Below are positions 40,760-54,299 of a stretch of DNA of 64,000 nucleotides, in pieces (position 1 is the stretch's first letter; the number at the start of each line of letters is the position of its first letter). The translations under genes and the position numbers were made by a program. The notes beneath the pieces are model-generated. The model was given only the letters and a program-made list of their open reading frames with translations, did no database searches and had not been told where the DNA came from. Origin of the DNA: Octopus vulgaris (Eukaryota); the NCBI GenBank assembly GCA_951406725.2, contig OX597824.1, forward strand, positions 41,416,001 to 41,480,000, given 5' to 3'.

Positions 40760-41449
40760 TTTTCTTTTACTTCTTTCAGTCATTTGACTGCAGCCAAGCT
40801 GGCCCACCGCCATTAGTCGAACAAATCGACCCAGGACTTATTCTTCGTAAGCTTAGTACTTACTCTATCGGGATCTTTTTGCCGAACCGGTAAGTTACTG
40901 GGATGTAAACACACCGACATCGGTTATCAAGCGATGGCGGTGGTGAGGGACAAACACAAATACACAAATACATACATACAATACACACACACGCACACAC
41001 ACACGCACATATACATACACGACAGGCTTATTTCAGTTTTCGTCTAACAAATCCACTCACAAGGCTTTCGTCTGCCCGAGGCTACAGTAGAAGACATTTG
41101 CCCATGTAGTGGGACTGAACTCGGAACCAAGTGATTGGGAAGCAATATAACTTATCACCATATTGTGTGTCACTTAATTCAAGAGATTATTCGAGAAACA
41201 GACACATGGATGGTTGAGTTGGATGTGTTGCCGAAAATTTATATACAACCAGCCTGGGGCAGCGCTTTGAAGAATTTTTAGTCGAATGAATCAGCCACAG
41301 TACTTATTTTTTCCCTTTCAAATCTGTTACTTATTCTATCAGTCTCTTTTGCCGAACCGCTTCATTACCGTGACGTAAACAAACCAACATTGGCTGTCAA
41401 GCGCTCGTGGATCCGAATACAAAGACACACACACACGCACACACACACA

Positions 41450-41504
<55 letters not shown>

Positions 41505-41600
41505 GTATATATGCGACGGGCTTCTTTCAGTTTCCGGCTATTAAATCTACTCGCAAAGCTTTGGTCGGCCCGGGGCTGTAGTTGAAGACAATTGTCCAAG
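40760..41600 (-). mobile_element. Two SINE family B copies
   Basis: Tails at about 40760 and 41260; ttttgccgaacc in both. Confidence 0.8.
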
Positions 41601-41719
41601 GTATGTGTGTTCCCTTTTGTGAATGTGAAACAATTCCATCATACCGAATTTCCTATTGAGGCAGTGTTCCCTGAAGTTATGCGTCTGTGCTGGCGCACAC
41701 ATTTTACTACCGGCGCACA

Positions 41720-41810
<91 letters not shown>

Positions 41811-42844
41811 ATGATGATGATGAAAAAAGAACAATGATAAATAAATAAAACCACTCTATACTCTAGATGAAACCACATACTTTTTAATTAAAGAAATTTG
41901 AGCGATAATTACTCGCTTGGATGGGCACATACTTTGTAATGGAGAACAAAATTTGCACACAAGTATGAGTGGGCGCAGGAATTCTTCTGCCCCCACTCAC
42001 AGCCAAAAAAAATGTAGGGTGGGGCGAACATTGCATCAGAGCCTACAGCTCTATTTTGCATTTCTTTTAACGGTCTGTTTGCCTTGGTCAGAGGAGCAGT
42101 TTGTGTTCTTTTATTACCTGCAATTAGGATGCGTGTATTTTAATTTTTATTTTTGGGGTTTTTTTTTTGCTTTTGTTTTGCGGTAATAAAATTACAAAAG
42201 AGAAGATAACAAAGTAGACAAAAATGTCTGTCATGAAAAACCCTAACAAGATCCAAATGAAGAGCAACAACAAAGACTATTTATACGCCGTTAAAGTAGA
42301 TAGCTATTCACATACATACATACATACATACATACATACATACATACATACATACATACATACATACATACATACATGCATGCATCCATGCATCCATGCA
42401 TCCATGCATCCATGCATCCATCCATCCATCCATACATACATACATACATACATACATGCATGCATGCATCCACCCATCCATACATACACACAGACAGACA
42501 GATAGGCATTTGAATCAATACGGTAATTACAACTCTTATACTCTGACTATAATTTCCCATTTGTACCTATCACCCTAGGTGCATTTGGCTATGTACCTAC
42601 AAATTTACACAAAAACCTACAAATACTAGGTTTGTTTTTTCGAAGAAAGAGCAAAAGAAATGATGTAGATTCTCCAAATCCATTCTACTGGTGTCACAAT
42701 GAAGACTCGTAAGAGATTTCAAAGATTCTCCTTGCGAAATTCTTTAGATGACTAGACGCATACACATGGGTGGGTGCATTGATAGCTCCACCAGTATGCC
42801 AACTCAACCACCTATTTACAACCGACTTAAACTCTCTTATGAAT

Positions 42845-42910
<66 letters not shown>

Positions 42911-42996
42911 GTCTGTCTGTCTGTCTGTTGTCTGTCTATCTGTCTATCTATAAATCGATTTATATATATGGCTTATAAACACCTTCCATATATATA

Positions 42997-43056
<60 letters not shown>

Positions 43057-43110
43057 ATATATTATCCCATGGTGGGTTGAATTTTCAACCCCTATCTCAT
43101 TTTATAACCT

Positions 43111-43162
<52 letters not shown>

Positions 43163-43221
43163 ACGGAGATGTACTTGCATAGCAAGTGACCTGATCTGAG
43201 ATCGTGTGCTGGAACGAAAAC

Positions 43222-43458
43222 AATTGCAGCGTGGAAGGTGTTTATAAGCCATTTAAGAAACACATAAAAACCGTTAGATTCACTTCAACATTTAAATTTA
43301 ATTTGTCAAAATATTTTCGTCGCTTCAGAGTTTTGTCAGTGAACAGGTCGCGGTCTCAAAGCGACGAAAATATTTTGACAAATTAAATTTAGATGTTAAA
43401 GTGAATCTAACGGTTTTTGTGTGTTTCTTAAATGGTTTACAAACACCTTCCATGCTGC

Positions 43459-43462
<4 letters not shown>
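43222..43462. repeat. Inverted repeat with about 105-bp arms between (TA)n tracts
   Basis: aattgcagcgtggaaggtgttt...attttcgtcgctt versus aagcgacgaaaat...aaacaccttccatgctgcaatt. Confidence 0.9.
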
Positions 43463-43511
<49 letters not shown>

Positions 43512-44460
43512 AATCGTGTTCTCCGTCTGTTTAACTCGCTCCCCTTCCCTTCTGGCCCCTCTCAGCTTCTGTTAACCCATGACATTACAAGTTTGTATAC
43601 GGTTATCCCACACAACGAAGAACTTCTTGTGCTAAACGCTTCCTTGACCGTCAGCCCGACCCTCGACCTGACACCTCCACACTTTTCTCTCTTGCCGACT
43701 TTACTCTCCCCTTCAATTGCTTCTCGTTTGTGGGAGAGTTTTACCAACAATCTTCGGGGTTGGCCATGGGAACGAGAATAGGCCCCAACTATGCGAACCT
43801 GTTCGTTGGCTACACTGATGCCCAAATTTTCTCACAATTCACTGGTCCCACTCCCGAGCTATATGGTCGTTATATCGATGACTGTATCGGCACAACCTGT
43901 CTCTCCCGCGAACAACAGGAGTCCTTCCTCTCCTTTGTCCAATCCTTCCATCCTGCCTTCGAATTCTCCTGCGCTATCTCTAACTCTACCGTAAAATTTC
44001 TCGCCATTTCTGTCAGCATACATCACTCCGCTCTCACTACCCCCATCCACTACAAACACACTGACTCTCATTCCTGCATTTACTTCTCCTCCTCCCATCC
44101 TATCCACACCAAGCTCTCCATCCCCTATTCTCAATTCCTCCGTCCACGCAGACTCTGCAGTGATGACCGTAACTTTGAGATTCAGTCTCAACTTATGGCT
44201 CGCCACTTCATCCTACGTGGCTATCCGTTCATCACTTTGCATCCTGCCATTCCCCGGCACGATCTATAGACCGTGCCTCTGCTCCTTGTTTTCGCACTCG
44301 CCCCACCCTTACCTATCTCCCGTTTTCTCTCACCTACCATCCCTCCATATTGTCCCTCTAACGCACCATCCTCCGAGTCTTCCGGCGACTCCAGACCGAC
44401 CTCTCCACCTCGCATATCTATCCTAACCTACCACTTCTCTTCTTCAAACGAGCACATAAC
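43512..44460 (+). pseudogene. Penelope-like element reverse transcriptase fragment, frameshifted
   Basis: DITSLYTVIPH, FYQQSSGLAMGTRIGPNYANLFVG, RYIDD, YKHTDSH, SSSHP, SIPYSQFLR-RRLCS. Confidence 0.92.
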
Positions 44461-44539
44461 CTGTGTGTGCGTGCGTCGTGTTTATGCATATGTGTGTGTG
44501 TGTGTGTTTATGCATATATATATATATATATATATATAT

Positions 44540-45228
44540 CAAGGGCAAACAAGTACGTATACAAGTCGCCTACAAGCTAGAAGAAGACGCTAATGTCTAA
44601 AACTACCTAACATATCACCATAAAATAACACGCGCCGTACTCGTGCAAATAAACGAAACAGATTCATGAACCGGTTCAATTACATATCAATTGACTTCAA
44701 GATTTTCTATCATCAGTGTAATATAACCAGATCAATGCACATAAAAAAACGAACAAAATGCATACCCATGGAACAGAACAGTTGTACACCGTAAATAGGC
44801 GGTCCGTACTTATATACAGAATAAAAATTTAAAAATCTGGTTTCGTTTATTTCGACCACGTGTTAATAACCATATAATCCAGCAGTGAATAATTTTGGTT
44901 TGAGTGAAATGATATATTATAAATATATTCTAAAAATTAAGGATAAAATCTACGTTAGATTTTATCAGGTCGTTAGCATGTAATCAACCGGTTAAGATAA
45001 AATTAATCAGTTTATAAATTATTGTATGAAAATATATCAGGGACAAACAACTACGTATACAAGTCGCTTACATGCTAGAAGAAGACGCTCAATGAATAAA
45101 CTGCCGTCTAAATTACGCAAAAATGAAATACACGGATATCTCATTTTAACAGATATATTTACTACCAAAATTACATTAAAATACCTTGAAATACTAAAGA
45201 GTAAATTTATTCAATAAAATCGCCATTG
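44540..45228 (-). mobile_element. Hammerhead-bearing non-coding element, about 498-nt period
   Basis: caaacaa.tacgtatacaagtcgc.taca.gctagaagaagacgct at 44546 and 45044. (TA)n on the left. Confidence 0.7.
44679..44722 (-). ncRNA. Minimal type I hammerhead motif (GAAG variant)
   Basis: AUUACA-CUGAUGA-U AGA aaa UCU U-GAAG-UCAAUUGA-UA-UGUAAU. Confidence 0.75.
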
Positions 45229-45234
45229 GCTTCA

Positions 45235-45883
45235 ACCACAGACTGCAGACGACTTCAGAATCTTCTGCAACTCTTCTGGACGGTCACCTTGTTTAAGTTG
45301 GTAAATGCTGCCATAATCCTTGCCTTCAGTTCATCTTTGGTGTGATAAGGAGTTTTATTGGTCTCTTCCTCAACTGCGCCCCACACATGATAATCAACGG
45401 GGTTGTAGTCTGAGGAGTTAGGTGGCCAGATGTTAGAGGTGATGTGATTGTAGAAATTGTCTGGCAGCCATGACTGGGTTTTCCTGCTTGTGTGGCATGG
45501 TGCAGAGTCCTGTTGCCAGACATAGGATCTTTCAGCAGCCACGCACTTGACCAAAGGCAGCACTATCTCTTCTAGGCATTTGATGCAGGCCTCTGTGTTG
45601 AGTCGGAGGCTGTGTGGGAAGATGACTGGAGGCACAACGTTGCCATGACTAGTAATCGACCAAACACCATGATGTTGACTGGATGTTTGATTTTTATCAC
45701 CCTCAGAATGATACCCAAACACTCTGAATGCCAAGCAGTACAGCATGTCGTTTCCAAATTTCTGGCAGAGTGAATTGCGTCATGGTGCTGACCCTATTAT
45801 ACTGCGTAGTCGACAAAATCAAAAACAGACAATGCGCAGGCGCAAAATTAAAAATATAAATCTGTGTCAATGTACCCATCGCA

Positions 45884-45888
<5 letters not shown>
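45235..45888 (-). mobile_element. maT-family (DD37D) Tc1/mariner transposon remnant, internally deleted
   Basis: ORF 45255-45746 contains WQQDSAPCH...WPPNSSDYNPVDYHVWG, with 37 residues between the last two catalytic Asp. The end abuts (TA)n. Confidence 0.88.
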
Positions 45889-45966
<78 letters not shown>

Positions 45967-46177
45967 CATACACATATATATATATATTTTGAAAACTCCA
46001 CTAGAATGGACGAAAGCGCTTATATATATGATATATGATATATGATGTATAAAAACATGTAATATACAAATAAATATCTGTAAATATAAAACCATCCGAA
46101 TTTCTGAGTACCTCATTTCTTCTACTATAAAATACTTGTACATCATCTCCAAACCTAATATATATATATATATTTAC

Positions 46178-46211
<34 letters not shown>

Positions 46212-46217
46212 GCAAGA

Positions 46218-46854
46218 ACATTCGAATGTTTATATTTGAAACTAGATATTATTACTATGATGAATATTTTTAATTGATAATTTTTACAGCAGTAATATAG
46301 GTGGTTAACAGGTTTTATAGCATTATAGGCTATAAAATATAAAATTAGCACGAAGGCGTTAGGATGCAGTAAGCATCAACCTAATTTACATTTGAGAACC
46401 AAAAACCTCAATTCAACCGCCAAGAGGCAACAAAAGAATAGAAAATAACAGTACACGAGGATATAGACAAACAGTTTAAAAGTATACCTATAAACATTAT
46501 GCCGTTCTGATGCTCATGCACCATAGTTACGGGTTCTGGCCGAAGGGCCTCAAGCTTCTTTAGTATGAGCTATTGGGAAAAAAATTCCAAATCCGCCATG
46601 TTATAAATATATTAGCGCTCTGGCTTGTTTTGCGCCAAAAGCCAGTAACACGTGGTGCAAAATAGTTATGAGCAAAAATATTCAAATGTTTACATTCGAA
46701 ATTAGATGTTACTACTGTTAATACCACCTGTGGTGAATATTTTTAATTGATAATATTAACAGCAGTAACACAGGCGGTTCATAGATTTAATAGCGTTATA
46801 AGCTATAAAATACAAAATTAGCACGAAGTTGTTAGGATGCAGTAAGCATTAACC

Positions 46855-46855
<1 letters not shown>
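46218..46855 (-). mobile_element. Non-coding element, about 473-nt period, with decayed hammerhead (46512-46570)
   Basis: Direct repeats at about 46218-46383 and 46692-46855, (TA)n on both sides. Minus strand GCUCAUA-CUAAAGA-...-GUAA-CUAUGG-UG-CAUGAGC. Confidence 0.7.
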
Positions 46856-46890
<35 letters not shown>

Positions 46891-46988
46891 TAGATAGATA
46901 GATCGATAGATATATAGATATATATATTCATATACATACACATATACATATACATATAATATACATATATTTATATATATATATATAC

Positions 46989-47039
<51 letters not shown>

Positions 47040-47066
47040 CATACACATATACATATAATATACATA

Positions 47067-47168
<102 letters not shown>

Positions 47169-47293
47169 CATGTATGGTGTATGTAAATACACACGCACAT
47201 ATTTAGAAATAAAATTATATATGTATGTATATATATATTCATATATATACATAAATATATATACATATATAATTTTATATCTATATCTATATC

Positions 47294-47360
<67 letters not shown>

Positions 47361-47623
47361 ATAGCGAGAGATAGATAGATAGATAGATTCATTGATGGAT
47401 GGATAGACACAAAGACATTCTCACAGACATAAAGAAAGATAGATTAGATAGATAAATATACATATACACCACACACACACACACACACACGCACACTATA
47501 TATATGTATATATACGTAAACACACCGGTAACCTACGTACTTATACATCTATACACATACAAATTGCTACAAATGTATATATATATGTATAATATATATT
47601 TACAATATGTACATACATAATGT

Positions 47624-47681
<58 letters not shown>

Positions 47682-48779
47682 ACACACATATATATATATA
47701 TCTACAGACACCACGCACCCATACATACACACACACTCACTCAACCGGCATGTTTGAACATATACGTATCTTTTGTCCGGCTGTGACTAACCAACACATT
47801 ATGTCCAACAACAAACATCTCTTTCAGTCGTAGAACACCAACAAGAACACGGGGAACAATGAACTCCTAGCTCTGTCTTATGTACACTTACCGTTAGTAT
47901 CAACTAATTAAATATGCATGGTTAGATAACATTTATATTGGATAGCGGAGTACAGAATGGCTTGTATACAACAGTTGTAGCGATGGTAGTAGTGGTGATG
48001 AAGATGTTGGTGGTGGTGGTGGTTGTGGTGGTGGTAGTGGCAGTGGTAAGGATTGCGGTGGTGGCTGTTGTAGTGGTGGTAATGGTGATGTTAGTAGTGG
48101 GAGTGTTAATGGTAGTGATGGTAGTAGTGGTGATGTGGTGGTGGAAGTTGTTACGCTAGTGGTTGTAGTAGTGGTGGTGATAATGGTGGTGGTGATGATA
48201 GTGGTGATGGTGGTGATAGTGGTGGTGATGGTGGTAGGGGTGGTAGTCATGTTGGTGATTGTAGTGGTGATGGTGGTAAGGGTTATGATAGAGGTGGTGG
48301 TGGTGGTAGTGATGGTAGTAGTATTAGTAGTGTTGTTGGTGGTTGTAGTGGTGGTGGTTGTGTGGTGGTGGCGATGTTAGGGGTTATGATGGTGGTAGTA
48401 TTGGTGGTGGCGTTAGTAGTGGTGATGGTGATGGTAGTGATGATGGCTGTGGTTTTTGTAGTGGTGGTGGTTGTGATGGTGATGATGATAGTGGTGGTGG
48501 TGGTGGTTGTGGTGATACCAATGGTTGTAGTGATCATGATGATGGTGTCGGTGGTAGAGTTAAGATTAGGGCAATTGTTAACGAACGGAGTGCTGCTTCT
48601 TGAGGTGAGGTGGCGCTAGTGAATGTTAGTGGTGGTGGTGGTATTAGCGTTGGTGGTGCCTGAGTTCTTGGTTGTTGACCTTCAGGCCCACCTCAGCGTT
48701 GATCCGCGGATCTATGCACAGTAATCCCTAATCCACGAAGTAGAAATAGTACTCTACTGTATAATTTTAAAAAAATTGT

Positions 48780-49045
48780 ACTCTTTTACTCTTTACTCTT
48801 TTACTTGCTTCAGTCATTTGACTGCGGTCATGCTGGAGCACAGCTTTTAGTCGAGCAAATCGACCCCAGGACTTATTCTTTGTAAGCCGAGTACTTATTC
48901 TATCGGTTTCTTTTGCCGAACCACTAAGTTACGGGGGCGTAAACACACCACCATCGGTTGTCAAGCGATGTTGGGGGACAAACACACACACACACACATA
49001 TATATACATATACATATATACGACGCGCTTCTTTCAGTTTCCGTT
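48780..49045 (-). mobile_element. SINE family B, 5' truncated
   Basis: High similarity to 18832-19110. Confidence 0.85.
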
Positions 49046-49078
49046 TCTTAAATTTATTATTCGTATATAAAAATGTCA

Positions 49079-49129
49079 TTGACAGTGGGACGATGGCCTA
49101 GACGGCCGAAACTTAGATGTCACTGTCAA
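49079..49129 (+). ncRNA. Hammerhead-like motif with altered core
   Basis: UUGACAGU-GGGACGA-U GGCC uagac GGCC-GAAA-CUUAGAUG-UC-ACUGUCAA. Stem I is 8 bp and the triplet is GUC, but C3 and U4 are replaced by G. Confidence 0.65.
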
Positions 49130-49149
49130 CAACGTTCTTGCTTAAGAAT

Positions 49150-49691
49150 GGTATGTATGTATGTATGTATGTATGTATGTATGTATGTATGTATGTATGT
49201 ATGTATGTATGTATGTATGTATGCATGTATGTATGCATGTATGTATGTGTGCATGATTGTATGTATGTATGTATGTATATATGTATGTATGTATATATGT
49301 ATGTATGTATGCATGTATGTATGTATGCATGATTGTATGCATGTATGTATATATGTATGTATGTAAATATGTACGTATATATGTACGTATGTATGTATGT
49401 ACTTACGTATGTATGTATGTATGTATTTATGTATGTATGTATGTATGTATGTATGCATGTATGTATGCATGTATGTATGTATATATGTATGCATGATTGT
49501 ACGTATGTATGTATGTATATATGTATGTATGCATGATTGTATGTATGTATGTATGTATGTATGTATGTATGTATGTATGTATGTATATATGTATGTATAT
49601 ATGTATGTATTTATGTATATATGTATGTATGCATGTATGTATGTATGTATGCATGATTGTATGTATGTATGTATATATGTATGTATGTATG

Positions 49692-49725
<34 letters not shown>

Positions 49726-49848
49726 TGTATGTATGCATGTATGTATGTATGCATGTATATATGTATGTATGCATGTATGTATGTATGTATGCATGTAATG
49801 TATGCATGCATGCATGCATGCATGTATGTATGTATGTATGTATCTATG

Positions 49849-49909
<61 letters not shown>

Positions 49910-49910
49910 G
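49150..49910. repeat. Long (TATG)n then (TCTA)n microsatellite, one of very many SSR tracts in the window
   Basis: Direct inspection. The recurring gcatgattgt variant indicates higher-order duplication. Confidence 0.95.
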
Positions 49911-50194
49911 TCTGAGTATCAATATATTTTGCGCTCGAGTATGTGTGTGTGTATGTGTGTACACGTGTGCATGTGCGTGTGTGTGTACTTAACTGATGCA
50001 GAAGAACATACCATAAGGGATGCAGTTTGTTGCGAAAAACTTCTTGAGTGATCTAAGAAACTTCATTTGCCCACCGAATCTTTATCCCCCAACGACGGAG
50101 ATCCTTCACCGTCACCAAATATAAGCATGTATGTATATTTATGTATAAAATCTTCACGTCAGTGTGTAATTTTGCTCCAATATAATATATATAT

Positions 50195-50530
50195 ATATTA
50201 TATAAAATCCGTTCTGTCTGTCTGTGTGTGTGTCTTCTAGGATCTCGGGCATCCTCCATCCGATTGCGCTCAAATTTGATATGTTGATACTGACGGTATC
50301 AGGGCGTGTATAAGTCTTGAAAAAATTACAAAAATCGATTCCTGGAGAGAATGCGACCGATTAAGCCGTGGGAACGTGCATTTGTAAAATCGTTTTTCTT
50401 GGAATAGAAAAGTGTATCTTTATTTCTTCTTTTGCTGGTGTCTCAAATTTAGGTTAAATCAGTGTTTTTCTAAGTGGAGGCCTATGGTACGGTAGGACAA
50501 GTTGTTTCGAGAAAATTTGGTTTAAATGTT
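50195..50530 (+). mobile_element. Probable Helitron 5' fragment
   Basis: tatataaaa...tgtctgtctgtgtg...ccgattgcgctcaaattt has the same layout as the 5' end of 58758-59141. No 3' end seen. Confidence 0.45.
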
Positions 50531-51317
50531 TGACAACTCAGCACCGTCCATTGGACGGAGGTCGTTTTGCTCGTATACATACATACATACATACATACAT
50601 ACAATTATCCATCCATCCATCCATCCATCAGTCCACCCGTTCGTCCATGCATAGATACATATACTGATCATTTTAAATATGATCTTTCCCTTGAGGAAAC
50701 GTATTATACAATTAAAATAATTAATTTGTAGAACCCATCTTAGTAATGTTCCAGTTAATATAGAAAATAATTTACATATTTTAATTGTAAATAATACCTT
50801 AACTATAAATTGCTTTTCCTTTTATCTGATATACATAACTTTACTGAATATCTTTAGCATTGATAACTAAACGTGGTGACGTAGAAGTTTTGGCTGACTT
50901 TTTAATTCTTTCGTTATCGGCTGACCTCATCATAAGTTTAAATACTAACCTTTCTTAGATATTATATTTTTACATATAACGTTCATTTTGCATACGTTCA
51001 TGTATTATAGATATTATTTCAGTTCGCTTTGAATTTAATCTTTTGAAGTTTGGGTTACCTTCATAACATTGTGTTAGCATAAATTTTCGTATATATTGGT
51101 TTGACTTGTTTTTCGTACCTTTTCTCTATATCTAAATATGCTGGCAAAATACAAACAATCGCCGGTACTGTATGGTGTAATAAAAAATGTGATATTCTCT
51201 ATGCTTGTTCATGGTGCTTATATATATATATTATTCAAAGGAATTCCAACTCTGTTTTTATGTTTTATTTATATTCTTTATAATATTAATATAGAATATA
51301 TAGCATAAATAGTATAT

Positions 51318-51419
51318 ATAGTAAAATGAAATGAAGTATTAATTGTCCTATTGAATAGTTTGATATTCAATATTTCATCTATTCAATAAGACAATCAATA
51401 CTTCGTTTCATTTTACTAT
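51318..51419. repeat. Near-perfect palindrome of about 100 bp
   Basis: atagtaaaatgaaatgaagtatt...tattgaatag versus ctattcaata...aatacttcgtttcattttactat. Confidence 0.85.
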
Positions 51420-51724
51420 GACCTTTTTGAACTTATAATTTTCTGTGTATATATATAGATACTTCCAAACAAACATGATTTCTTATGAAATCCCAATAAT
51501 TTTTATGAACTTTTTAATAATTTCTCAAGATTTTTTCTATAAACTGTTTTTAACATGTTCTTATTATTATCAAAGAATGTATATATGTATTGAAATATTT
51601 TGTGACAACCAGTACCTAACACAACAATGCTTTTACATGTTACTTTTGACAATCTTTTTCTAAAAAAGTGAAACCGGTCAAGTGAATAAACATCTTTTAA
51701 AATTGCATTTTAAAACCTTCTTTC

Positions 51725-51755
<31 letters not shown>

Positions 51756-51994
51756 AATGAGGGTGAAAAATCGATATTAATTTAATAATACCATTAATTT
51801 AACACCAAGTGGCTTAGCACAAAAAACTACGGAGAAAATACAAATTTATACATAAATTATTAGAGAGTTATCCACTATGTGGATAACTCTAGTGCTAAAA
51901 ATAGCTCCGAAGCAACCACAGAAGATCTGTTTCCAACTAGAATCAACATGCATTTAACGGAAGGAAAGTGAAATACAACGAATAAAATAGATTG

Positions 51995-52070
51995 ACTCTA
52001 TACAATTGTTTCATTACTAATGTAATATGTAGTTTTACTTACACTTACATCTATAAATCTTCGGTAGAGT
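51995..52070 (-). ncRNA. Type I hammerhead motif (U4C variant) in an element at about 51748-52085
   Basis: ACUCUA-CCGAAGA-[U UUAU..AUGUAA...UUACAU..GUAA U]-GAAA-CAAUUG-UA-UAGAGU. Confidence 0.75.
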
Positions 52071-52114
52071 TTGTCAGAAATGCAAATATATATATATATA
52101 TATACATATATATA

Positions 52115-52173
<59 letters not shown>

Positions 52174-52219
52174 ATGTGTGTGTGTGTGTGTGTGTATGCA
52201 TATGCATGTATATGTCTCA

Positions 52220-52750
52220 TAGGATTTAGATTATCTATGGAATGATAATTTCTGTCGTAATTACAGGGACAGGATTCTGGTGGGATTAAACAGTCGATTA
52301 TCTCGACCCGTTCTCCAGAATTTAGCCGTTGAAAGACCAAGGTGATCATGAATAGATTTTGAAGACAATGTAAAATAGTGGAACGTTTATAATAAGGCCT
52401 TTTGTCCAACGCTCCAACGAAGCTATGAAATTATATTTCACCAGCTAGGATCTCATAATAGTGTCGGAAGTTGTTGCGGGCAATGATGCCTCTGGATATA
52501 GATCTTTCGTCGGGAATTTCGTTGTGGAATTTCTTAAATATACTGTTTAAAATATTGTTTGCCCACCTCAGGGGAAAACCCTGTTGTTTGGCAAAGAATG
52601 TTTGTTTCTTAATAGAACATGCAGGAAAACGTATTCTTACATTTCTATTTTTGTTATCGCTGTGTAGTGGCAGCATCGTTACAGTATCAGACCTGATACG
52701 GTGCAGTATTTTTTCCGGTTCTGTATGTTCTGAGTGCAAATCCTGTTGAT
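52220..52750 (-). pseudogene. Possible highly decayed Penelope-like RT fragment
   Basis: FFAKQQGFPL, FRHY and YYKRST loosely echo the QxxGxPMG, RYVDD and YRKPT motifs in order. Confidence 0.3.
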
Positions 52751-54299
52751 ATAATCTTTGCCTTTCATCCCACCAGGGTCGGTGAAATAAAGTTCCAGAG
52801 ATGTACCTGGATTGGTTTAATCAGCTTACCGGTTCCCATTAAATTCCTTGCCTTATGCCAATGCCAAAAACGATTATAATAAAGGAGCAGATTGACAGAA
52901 TCGTTAGAAGATACCTTGGGGCGTTTCTGATTTTTTATGTTCAACTTCGCTTTTCATTTTTTCTGAATCGATAACAAAGTATCAGTGAAGTATAGGGGGT
53001 AATGATTTCGATTAGTCCCCTGACATCAAAACTACTGGCTTTGTGCCATAAGTAGAAACTATTGTTTTCAATCGATACCATAATTTCAAAGCAAAAAAAA
53101 AAAGAAGGAAAATTACAAATACTGTATCTATGTAACTAACATTATCAGTCATTTGAGCGTGTCTTAATAAAAGATGATATGGTCAATGTTAGAAAACCTT
53201 TGATACTAAGGTCTACTTAATCAGGGATGACCTAAAGCTGAAAAATAAAAAAATAATAAAGAAGAACAGCAGCTACATATTGTATTGAGTGAAGACTGGT
53301 TGGAAGATAAATCGATAGTTGCGTGTGAAAGAGTCAGTTGCTTTAACTCTTTGTAATCAGATCTATCTGTTTATAGGTGATTGATTAGCTCATTGACTTC
53401 CTGATTGTCCAATAGTAGTGGTAATGGTGGTGGTGGTATTTGTAGTAGCGGTGGTTCTTGTCATAGTGGTGGCGTTGTTGGAGGTGCTGGGAACAAAATG
53501 AGAATTGTTGAGGTTCATTGTACAACATTTTCCAATAATAAGTGAAAAAATGAAATCCATCTACAACACGAATAAAAGCTTTGTTGCAAATTCTGCTTGA
53601 CTGGAACCTAGCTTTCAATCTTCGATTACCATTTCCCTTGCAACGCTTACGCAAAAAATTCACCTAAATCCATTCAGTCCCATTAAATCACTATTATTAG
53701 TTTCCTTTATTAAACGCGCCATAGTACTACTATTTACCCAGTTACATACATATCTTTTCTTTGTATCAGAAAATCTCCACAACGACGGGAAGAAGAGTTG
53801 TGGCAGGACATGATCACCTCTGTCTAGAAAGCAGGACATAGGCAACCATGTCCTGCAACAGTTATCCCTTCTTTATTTTCTGTAACAGTTACATGTACAT
53901 ACTTAAATAATTCGTCTCCATCCCCTTAGTCCCGCTCTGTTTCTGTTATTATTTTTTTTAATATGTCTTCTTTTAATAAATGTGCTTGCTTGTTTCAAGC
54001 TCTTGCTTGATGGGGTCGGGAACTCAAGGTGTTATCATGCGTAGAGCTAACCAGGTCTACCAGTGCTCCTCACCGCTGGCTGTTCCGTGCCAGCCCCTCT
54101 GCGTTCTCCAAGACGACGGCAAGCCTCTGGAGATTTCCTTAAGTCCAATCATCAGGTGCGGGGCCTGCCGCGGGGTTTCTTCCAGTCTGCAGCTGCTGCG
54201 TCGAAAGGGATAATCCAGAAATCTATATTCAATTGCTGTTAATGTTATTTATATCGCATTCACACATAATTTGTGCAGACCTATGATCACACTGGAAAT

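Noticed and set aside
42749-42770. TGACTAGA miR-279-family seed
   Set aside because: No complementary arm nearby.
53402-53412. TGATTGTCCAA, matching the first 11 nt of miR-219
   Set aside because: The match stops there and there is no hairpin partner.
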